A DNA stretch of 64,000 nt from the NCBI GenBank assembly GCA_051362555.1, contig CM120646.1, positions 1,302,001 to 1,366,000 on the forward strand, read 5' to 3'. Under the pieces are notes generated by a model. That model ran no database searches and was not told where the DNA came from. It worked only from the letters and a program-made list of their open reading frames with translations. The stretch is from Lingula anatina. Lineage: Eukaryota; Animalia; Brachiopoda. The stretch's first letter is position 1; each line of letters opens with the position of its first letter. A program made the translations under genes and the position numbers. Shown one piece after another: positions 27,253-37,056 of this stretch.

Positions 27253-29698
27253 TTAGTCTAAGTCCAATTCTTTTAACTGGCCAGCAAGTTTTCCACCAAA
27301 CTCCTTTTCATTACCAGACGGTGCGATCTGGTCTTTTTCTGAGAAGTCAACTGATTCTCTTTTTGCATTACCCTGGTCATCAGAGTCGTCGTTTTTTAGG
27401 TACAGCATTTCTCTTGACCCTGCCTTCTGATCGTCGACATGTTTCCCTGCTCGTCTTTGTTTCAATTCTAAGTCTAACTGGTCAAAAAGTTTCTCGAATA
27501 ACTCTAAGTCCCAGTTCTTTTTATTACCAAATGATGCGAACTGGTCCTCATCAACTAATTCTCCTTTTGCATTATGCTGGCCATCACATTCCTGATTTCT
27601 TAGGTACAATATTTCTTTTGACGCTGCTTTCTGACTGCCGGCATGTTCCTTTGCTGGTGTTTGTTTTAATTGTGAGAAACATTCCTTCACCATGCTAGTG
27701 GTTTTCTCAAGCAACTCCACCAACGACTGATCCTCTGTTGAGGCTATAAATTCAAAGACCACTGGCTTAACATATTCGAGTAAAGTATTCGTCCCAAGAT
27801 TAGCCATTTCTTCAGTGATATCCTCTTCAAATGCTGAACTACCAAAAAAATCACGTGCAACCCTAAATACCTTTTTCATGTGAAGTTCTGCTAAACACTC
27901 TTCTTCTTCCTTTTCTTTTTTTAGGGGGTTGTCCGAGTCATTCTTTGAAAAAGCGTCTACTTCTCCCCCGACTGCCCCCATGACACCGTCCGAGTCTTCG
28001 TCTTCTTTTCTCAAGAGGTTGTCCGAGTCATTCTTTGACAAAGCGTCTACTGCTCCCCCGAATATCCTCATGATACTGTCCAAGTCATTTTCTGATGAGT
28101 CGACTATCAACTCTCGACCCATTCTGAAGAAACTTTGAAGAAGCCGTTTTAAAAACGCGGGATCCATTAGACAAAAATGAATGTTATACTTTGCTTGGAT
28201 TTCCATAAGAGTTGCTTTTGGATTAATAAGGACGGTGTGTAAAATGTTAGCCATTGCGCTAACAGATTCTACATCCAGATAGTCAATCATGTTGTTTTCC
28301 GGTATGAAGTAGTTTGGGATGCACTTCCTGTGGAGAAAATCAAGCAACAGATCATAGAAGTCGTAGAAACGTTGCCCCATCTCCTCGTTTGTCCACCTAT
28401 CCTGTGGAATATGCTCACACAACCAGAACAGCGTTGTCTTCAGGTGGTAGGAAGAAAGCATGCAGGATTCCCCCAATCGGTGTTTGTGTATCAGTTTTAT
28501 GATACGGTAAACATGGCGTTGGACTTGATTTAAGGACATGGCAAGATGACGCTCTGCCAAAACAAAAGAGATCCTCCATTCGATTCGACTATCTCGATTT
28601 CCAGGATTGGCAACTGGAACAAGATGGCATCCAAGTTCTTTCACGGCTCTGATTTGCTCCATATTAGGCCAACCGCTCTCTCTCTTGCGACTCAACCACT
28701 CATGTGCTTCACGTGGAAACTCATTTAATGGAAATGACGCAACAATATCGCCTGACATCACAAGATCGTCTTGAGCATAAAAACTGAACGGTATCTCGTA
28801 GGTCATAGCTGGGCCATGAGGATGGGTGCGCGTTCTTAACTTTTCGAATATTTTCTTCAGTAACCCAGGACTTGAATTCGCCTTTTGGGTGTAAACTAGA
28901 ACACATCTGTTGCTTAGGTATATACCCCCACGATCACGTTCCAAAACATCCGGCTCTTCAAACAACCAGTGTTGGCCTTGGACCTTAAGTTTGACATAAC
29001 CGGGATGGCAGCCCCGGCCATCTACGACAAACGATCCCTTTGTTGTTGTCTCCGCTTCCCTACGAGACGTGACTGTCGGATAATATGGAGGTGATAGGAT
29101 CTTCAACCACAATGGTCCCTGTGTTGTTGTCTCTGAATCTCTGCGAGATGTGACTGTTGGGAAATATGGAGGTGATAGGACCACCATGACATCCAGATCC
29201 ATTGGAATGTTGTGTGATTTATCCTCCCTGTGAAGCGCAAAAGGGACTGCAAGACCGTCGACGGTACTACCCAGGACCTTCACTTTCAAATAACTGGACA
29301 TATCTATCATCTCTGGATTGATATCCTGGGCGAAAACTGGAAAAAAATATTCGAGCCTCTGCTCAACATACTTATAAGGCATACATTTATAAGATGTAGC
29401 ATTTGTCTGGTTGAAGTCAGCACTCGCTGTTCCAAAGTTTTCAACGACTGCAAGCATTCCGTTCATCATTGGAATTCCCTTGAGGTAATCTGTATAAATA
29501 TTTGTATTTCTGAATAGTTCAAACAACTCCGACAATTTATTTCTGGTAGGATCTGAATCATCCTCTAATAGTCTTTCAGTCTGCTGGTGATTGCGTTTCA
29601 TTGTCACTTTTTCCTGGGGAAACATCTCTGCTAAGTACTTTGAGAAGTTTTCCATATTTTCAACACTTCGTCTAGGTAGTCGATCACTTGATTGAAAT
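27253..29698 (-). CDS. cGAS-like receptor (Mab-21 family nucleotidyltransferase) paralog 1, main coding exon
   Basis: 800-aa ORF (27253-29655) extends upstream in frame to the acceptor ttttaattttAG|A at 29699-29700. NTase motifs: VLGST...MDLDVM and SGDIVASF. Mab-21 motifs: EWLSRKRESGWP, GCHLVP, WRISFVLAE, LSSYHLKTTLFW, IPNYFIPENNMI. Confidence 0.93.
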
Positions 29699-29824
29699 CT
29701 AAAATTAAAAATGAAAAGAAAAAATTGAAGTGCTGACCAAGCTGGATCAGAATATTAAAAATTGCTTTGTAAATTGTGTCTTTCAATTCCAGGGAACATT
29801 CACCCTAGAAAACGGACGGGTGTA

Positions 29825-30276
29825 CCCGCATGAAAACGCAGTAGATACTGCAGCGCAGTAGACTATTGCAATCACACTGCAAGTATGCCTCAAATCTGCT
29901 TCGCGAGCATTTCTTTTTTTCTGATATACTCCAAATCTACCTCCGCAGAGCAGAACGCAAGCATTGTATTTTTCTTATGTACTCCAAGTCTACCTCTGTG
30001 GAGTATCTTAGAAGTATTCGATGGGCGCCAGTGCAGTGCAGCATAAGCATAATGCTTTCCCTACCTCTCCGGAATGGATTTGGAAGTTAATTAGCATATT
30101 TGAGACATGTTTCTATCATGCTGCTAATCTACTGCATTAATGCTCCTCTCTGTACAAGTCTATGTACTTTTTGAAGTAGAATTGCAGTAGGCTGCATTTC
30201 TACTGTAAATATGCTCCACACCACAACTGCACTTATGCTTCTTTGCTACCTCGATACTACTGCATTTGCGTGCGGG
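29825..30276. mobile_element. MITE with TA flanks in the cGLR-1 intron
   Basis: TA|CCCGCATGAAAACGCAGTAG ... CTACTGCATTTGCGTGCGGG|TA. Confidence 0.65.
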
Positions 30277-30357
30277 TAGGGCTGCATGTTGCAACTGGTT
30301 GCAAAATGCGTTCGGTTGCAAAACGCAGCTCTACAGAGAACTGTTGGTCAAGATTAA

Positions 30358-31008
30358 AGCAATAATAACTCTTCCTTTGAGATTCAAAATTCCGCAAGAA
30401 ATACATTGTAAACAACGCCTGGAAATATATTCTAATGTATTTTCCCACTAAAACGACTGTTATTGTAGTAAAACTAAAATCTGTGCTTGTCACTTGGGCT
30501 TTCGATGCCTTTCTTCACGGTCGACAAGTGCATCCGTTGCCAATGACGTTTAGGTGTCACGCGGATTCTCGCGTTCATTCGAGACCAAAATAAAATGGCG
30601 GGAAACCCTCAGACGTAAGTTGCGAGTTTGTGTACAGTGCGTCGGATAACGAAAAGCCCAGAATTGCACAAATTGTAGATATAAATGCATTTTGAGCAAT
30701 AAGACGAATATATCTTATGAATCTTATAATATTGTTATATAGTGTTGTTGTTGTCTGCTTTTCCCGCGGTTTTAAGTAGGTCGCCAGAAACTATCGCTCG
30801 ATATCGCATGACTATCATGTCAGAGGGAGGGCTCCGTCAGTTAAAATCTCTTGAGTGATTTTAACAAAAAACCAAGCGTTAAAGAAAAAAAACCCTGGAC
30901 TAACTTTGAATGCAGGAATGGGGTCGTTGACCATTGGTAAGTACGGGAAAATTGCCGTTTACGCCAGGAAAATCCAATTTTTGGCCAAAACGAAGAGTTA
31001 TTATGTCT
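30358..31008. mobile_element. Kolobok-like non-autonomous element (longer family member)
   Basis: TTAA|AGCAATAATAACTCTT ... AAGAGTTATTATGTCT|TTAA. The right arm is homologous to the 16432 and 26460 elements. Confidence 0.8.
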
Positions 31009-31273
31009 TTAATTTAATTGCTGTGTAATTTTTGGGTCTTGCATGGTTATGCAATGATTGGGTAATACTGAAATTAATAATCTTTTTAAAAAAAATCTTT
31101 GAAACCTGAAAAATACAATCGAAAGAACTGAAGCAGGGACAATCTCAGGAAACTGAGATCTTAGATAGCGAGAATCAGCCACCACAAAAAAGAGCTCGCA
31201 AAACATAGACATTGTCCAACGGGTGCATACCATGTATCGTGATGTTGTAAACTATTTGATGAGGCAAGCTCAC

Positions 31274-31296
31274 CTTTGGCATCCACTTTTATCCAT
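31274..31296 (-). CDS. Start-codon micro-exon A (MDKSGCQR) upstream of cGLR-1; full exon 31274-31304
   Basis: tttttgacAG|TTATCATC ATG GAT AAA AGT GGA TGC CAA AG|GTGAG. Phase 2 matches the acceptor at 29698. Confidence 0.65.
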
Positions 31297-31999
31297 GATG
31301 ATAACTGTCAAAAATCCTTAAATTTGGTGGACGATTTTACTGCGAAGCATATGTATAGATATCTATAAGTATGAAAAAGACCCCCTACGCTTTAACAATA
31401 TAAATAAATATCCGCAGTAATATTTCAGCGTCTGTTTATTGTCTCCATGAATACGATTACAAAAGATTCTTTTCATATTAAAATTTGTGAGTACCCGGCT
31501 TAATTGTTTGTCTTTTCTACAGGTGCTCAAGTGTATTTATACAATCGAACGCTTAATTCATTTTGGTCTTTTTTACTGCATTGTTTACCTTTTCTATAGG
31601 CGTTCACGCATAGGTATTCATTCTATTAAATTAATAAACGCCAGCTTTACATTCTATTTCTAAGTATTTCCAGTCAACACTAAACGCAGCACAGAGATCA
31701 TTAAACACAACATTCACCCTGACTGCGATCTCTAAATATATCCCTGCATTTCAAATTATAACCTTTACTTGAGTTTTGCTTACATTCCTATTTTGTTATG
31801 GCACGACTTAAACACTCGGGCCTTACTAACAGGTGAAACTCCAAACTACTGGTAACCGTCTTCTTACCTGTAAATTAGTTATTATATGAAGTTGTGCTGC
31901 TATAAACAATTGGTGCATTATGCCAATTGGGATTAGTGGGTTTAGACTATGTCTGGGTTGGGACTGGTCCTGTGCCATATATATGTAACATGGCGGAAG

Positions 32000-33660
32000 G
32001 AACAGTTTCATAAAGCAACCTTACCTTTTGTCTTCTCTTTTATCCATGGTGATTACTGTCAGAAAACACTTATATACGGAGAGAGAGATTCACTTCGATT
32101 TCGTATATAGGCCCCAAATATCCGTGGAAAAGACCCTAAATTACTGCAGCTGTCTTTCACTTGTCTGTTTATTGTCGTTATGACCACAGTTTCAAAACAT
32201 GCCTTTTTATGCGGGGATTTTTCTCTTGCGAAATTCAATAATGAAGTACGTCAACAGGCATGTGATTATTGATCCAGTGTTTGTCTTACCTGTAGGTGCT
32301 GAAATGAAACCTAAGGCGATATTTAATTCGTTTTTAAACATACGATCAAGCAAAATGGATACAACCGATTTTAATTGTTTTACATCGAGCTGAAAGAGTT
32401 TATAGATACGAATATAAAATCAAATGGATGAAAGGGTTTTCAAAGAAACTGAAAAGGTTCAGTACATTAAAGCAAGCATACTGACTAGTGTCAGTATTTG
32501 GAGGCACAGTGAAACGTTAACACCATTATCTATTTCTGAGCATTTACCAGGTATGAATAAAGGTTGCATTTCACGAAACTTAACAATATGAAAATAAACA
32601 CAACAACTGTATTCGCCCTCACCGCTCTCCCACTATATACACGAAGCCAATTGAGTGATGATAATATATTTAATGCCAAAATCTCGTTGGACTGCAGAAA
32701 AAGTTGCCATGAGTTACCTAAAGGTACATCTGTGAATATCTGGTGAAAAATCAAATAAAAATATGTGACCCAGGTAGGGGTACAGTATCCCCACATTTCC
32801 AGCTGCAGCCCTAAGTTCTGCTTACAAGAGCATTATTATGACACGAGTTTGTAAACAAATTGCGTTTCCTACATCAATAGTTGGCCTACTTGAGGTCTAG
32901 CTGTGGGGTATCCAATATCTCGCCACAGTGCATTTTATTTTTTAAACCGAGTGTGGTCGCACTTAATAAGCACATACATTTTTGTAGTAGGATGTTCTTT
33001 TTATGGACGAGTGGTATTCATGTCATTCATTTCAGGCCGCCATCCACTTCGTTTCATTTTCATACAATCAAATTCATGAAAATAGAACACAAGATTGTAG
33101 ATATTTTTCACAAAATAAACCAGGAAAAGTTTTGGATTATCTCGTTTATGAAAATCTCATACTATCCTTTTTTTATTACTCTGCAGAACAAGCTCTATTT
33201 ATTCATACTGATGCGGTTTTAATATAGGACTACAATGTATATTGTTCACTGTTTTCGGAACCCCCTCCCCCAACACACCCAAACGGCATGTCTGTACCCG
33301 AGAAGAGATCCCATTGCGGTAGATGAGAACCAGACAGTGGTAGGAATGGAGAAGATCGGGCAAAGGGTTTACATTGAGAAATAAGGTCAAATTTATTAGA
33401 AATAGCCTGGGAGCCAAGATTATGATAAGAATGAAAGAATTGTATCAATTCAAACCCTAAATAAGGCTCCCCAAAGATATCTTCATAAGTTTATATCGTG
33501 TTTTTTCTAAACTTTTTAAAGCTTTTTAAGTTTGGATCTCAATTACAAGGTTAATCGCGTTTAGATTCTTTTTTGTGTGCGGATTTATGGGATTAAAATG
33601 TACCTGAATGGAGGCAACGAAGTCGACTATCTGCCTTTGAATTTATTCTTCCTAATAAAT
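32000..33660. repeat. cGLR 5' module duplicated at 40110-41620, with partial copies at 31230-31560 and 41620-41670 + 44410-45230
   Basis: Colinear shared blocks such as tttttatgcggggat/gaatttt, attgatccagtgttt, ccccacatttcca, catttcaggccgcca and cctgggagccaag. Confidence 0.85.
32025..32047 (-). CDS. Start-codon micro-exon B (MDKREDKR) upstream of cGLR-1; full exon 32025-32055
   Basis: ttttctgacAG|TAATCACC ATG GAT AAA AGA GAA GAC AAA AG|GTAAG, phase 2. A candidate upstream donor CAG|GTAAG lies at 32288-32289. Confidence 0.75.
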
Positions 33661-34243
33661 AAAACTTTGTTTTCTGTACAACAAATGCGTAAAACTGATA
33701 TAAATATTACCTGTGTTTAAGTGAGCCCAGTGAGATATCATAACATTGCAATCTAGTCAACTATGTTTATACACCATATGAACATAAATTGATAAATTGA
33801 TTCATGTTCAGTGACTGAAAACACGTTACTTTGGAAGCATATAGTTTATGATATGAACATAAGTACAAACGGGGTGCACCGTTTCTATTGTCTATATACA
33901 AATTACCAAGGTTCATAGTGGTCTAGTTTGAAAGGACACTATATACTGCTAGCACATTGGAAATGATAAAATTCTTTTACGGTACGTTAAGTACCAATAT
34001 ATGTTAATTGACACACCAAGTGACGCTGGGTTTATATCTTTAAATACATTGGACTAATGTGATATTTAAACCAGAAAAAAACTAAAAATTGCTGCCATTC
34101 ATTCTGTCTTGAAAAGAAGTGATATGTAATTCAACTCATTTCACTCGGCAAGAACAAAGTAACGGAAGTTGTAGGTGTGATGAGGCACAACATGCACCCG
34201 CTACTGCATAAATACACAATAACTTCACTACAGTGTAGCAAAG

Positions 34244-34370
34244 CACAATACAATACAATTCAATGCAATGCAATGCAATGCAATGCAATGCAATGCAGTG
34301 CAATGCAATATAATACAATGCAATGCAATGCAATGCAATACAATACAATGCAATACAATACAATGCAATG
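34244..34370. repeat. (CAATG/CAATA)n pentanucleotide microsatellite
   Basis: About 25 tandem units are directly visible. They explain the spurious ORFs 34136-34363 and 34177-34371. Confidence 0.95.
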
Positions 34371-34574
34371 AGGGTGATAAAGCAGTCAAAACGATCATGA
34401 TCTATTTAATTTGCTAAGGATCTTCTGTTTAATCTATCCTGGTTTAAAACTTATGGACGGTCGGTAGTAGATCGCAGTGGAGCAGTAGTGCGTGCATCCA
34501 TTAAACATCGTTGTTGATAAAGCAGTCAAAACGACCATAACCTATTTTAATTTGCTAAGAATCTCTTGTCAAAT

Positions 34575-36903
34575 CTATGGAGCAGTAGTGCGTGCAGTCA
34601 TTATACATTGTGCTAGTAGGCTTGTGCCCCTCCTACTGAGGTGAAATCCATCTTCCCTGTAGTAATCTGGGGAGCTTAACACCTCATTTACTGCGATAAA
34701 ATGTGCTTTCTGATGGCCTCCGAGTTCTGCTTCAACAATGTCATTGTACCGCTTTACTCTCTCGTTAAAACTTTGATTATGCTGACGATCCAGGATCCCT
34801 GTGAAATACATTTCACAGTCTGGATATTTCGCTTCTGCTGTCTGTCGCAGCTGGTGCAACTCTTCGACAGTGTCTGCAACACTTAGGTGATCAATGCTAA
34901 TTGTCCCCACAATAAAAGTCAAAGATTCTGGATTTCCCAGGTTTGATTTGATTATATAGTCATGTGCGTCTGCAATAGTTTTATCTCTGAGTACTTTCAC
35001 GTAGGATCTGTCCATCCTGTTGCCATCAAGGTACTGTCCTATTGAGTCAGTCACTATTACATGCTTTCTTTGTATTATGTTTTCTGCAATGTTTGTTGTT
35101 TGGGGACTGTCCACCTTTCCTCTCGCTGCCGTCCGACGCTTATCATTGCAGGCTGAGTGAATTGTTCTTTTTGGTTTTGCTTCGACTTTATCTTTCAAGG
35201 CGATTTTCAACAACCCCTTTCCAACTTCTTTCATTAGTTTAAAGGGACTGTCCGGGTCTTTCCGTGAAAAGGCGTCTACTGCTCCCCCGACTGCCCCCAA
35301 GACACTGTCCGAGTCATTTTCTGACGAGTCGGTCAGTATCTCTCTCATGACTTTAAGCAAGTCTCCTGCACCTTTGTCCTCTGGTGATCCTGCGCACACC
35401 TGCTGTGTTTCAAGCTCCTTCAAAACATCCCCGAAAGGAGTTTTTGACAACAAGTATTCCACTAGATCAAAGCGGAGGTCATATGTTGCTTGGATTTCGT
35501 CGAGGATTGCTTTTGGATTTTTGCGGATCTCGCACAAAATTTCAACATTTTCATTGACTAATTGTTCATCCATGTAATCTATCATGTTGTTTTCCCGTAT
35601 GAAGTAGTTTGGAATGCACTTTTTGGAGAGAAAATCAATCAAGAGGTCGAGAAAATCGTAAAAACGTTGTCCCATCTCTTGTTCTGTCCACCTTTCCTGT
35701 GGGATGCGCTCACATAACCAGAATAACGTTGTCTTAAGGTGGTAAGTAGAAAGGACGCCGAGGTCCCCCAGCCTCTGTTTATGTATCAGTTTTATGATGC
35801 GGTAAACACGGCGCTGGCCTTGATTTAAGGACAAGGCAAGATGACGCTCACCTGAAGCAAAAGAGATCCTCCATTCGGTTGGACTATCTCTATCACCAGG
35901 ATTGGCAACTGGAACAACATGACATCCAAATTCTTCCACGGTCCTAACTTGCTCCGTACTAGGCCAACCGCTCGATCTTTTGCGACTAAGCCACTCGTGT
36001 GCTTCGCGAGGAAACTCATTCCACGGAAATGACCCAACAATATCGCCTGTCAGAACAATATTGCGTTTGACACCAGAAAAAATTGGCAATTTGTACGACA
36101 CCGCAGGGCCATTAAAGCTTACATTAACCATTTTCCAAAGTATTTTCAGTTTTTCAAACCCAGGTGCCGGGTTTTCGATGCAGTATTTCATACTTCTGTT
36201 GCTCAGACATATATCCCCATGATCATGCTCAAAAATGCCTGGCAGATGAAGCATATGATTTTCGCTTTGGATCTTCAGTTTGACATAACCGGGATGACAT
36301 CCATGACCATCCACGATCAACGCTGCCACGTGTGTTGACACTTGCTCTCTACTAGACGAGACCGCGGGGAAAAATGGCGGTGTTAGTACTATCATGACAT
36401 CCGCATCTGATATTTCAAGGTGGGCTTTATGCTCCCGGTCAAACAAAAATGGGATTCCAAGGCCGTCAAAAAAGCTACCCAGAAACTTGACATGTATGCT
36501 TTTGGCCGCATCTTTCATCGCTGGAAAGAAATGTCCAAAGAACTTTTGAAGTACATTGTATTCAATCTGTTCAATATATTCATGAGGATAATGTTTATAA
36601 CACCCGATGTTTGTAAAGAAAAAGTCACCAAAATATTTCCCCATTAGTGCAAGAAGGCCATTTTCAGATGTATCATGTCCACCACTGAATTTGATTATCG
36701 CATCCTTGAGAATTTTACACATCTCTTTGATTTCCTTTTCATCCCGAACTAAATCAATCCCAAATAGGTTTTTAACTGCCCGGTGAAACGTTTTCATAAA
36801 AAACATCTCCTGAGGTAGCATCTCTGCTAAGTATCTTGAGAATTTTTCCATATCTTCAGTATTTTCAACGTTTCGTCTCGGTCGTCGTTCACACGGAGGA
36901 TAT
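34575..36903 (-). CDS. cGAS-like receptor paralog 2 with C-terminal SGNH/GDSL esterase-like domain, main coding exon
   Basis: Acceptor caattttAG|A at 36904-36905. NTase motifs FLGSF...SDADVM and TGDIVGSF, plus WRISFASGE and LSTYHLKTTLFW. The last ~160 aa carry SGNH blocks VIVTDS, FIVGTIS and DGFHLSRRG. Confidence 0.92.
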
Positions 36904-37056
36904 CTAAAATTGAACGTAAACATAAATAAAAGGTCTATATGTAAACTGACCCAGTTAAAAAAGACTTTATAAAAGGTTCCGTGGAATGACTTACCCTTGA
37001 ATTACCCGTAGAATATAACCACTATGACAATCATGTCTGTGAATTTAGATGTTTAA

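Noticed and set aside
27207-29517. Plus-strand ORFs overlapping the cGLR genes (also 34701-36647, 49885-50668) and minus-strand ORFs over 42155-43396
   Set aside because: Antisense shadows of real coding sequence with no independent motifs.
34136-34371. Cys-rich repeat ORFs (CIALH / QCNAM)
   Set aside because: These are translations of a pentanucleotide microsatellite.
36904-36923. ORF-track start MFTFNFR for cGLR-2
   Set aside because: It lies in the pyrimidine tract and acceptor of the intron. The paralogs have the acceptor at the equivalent position.
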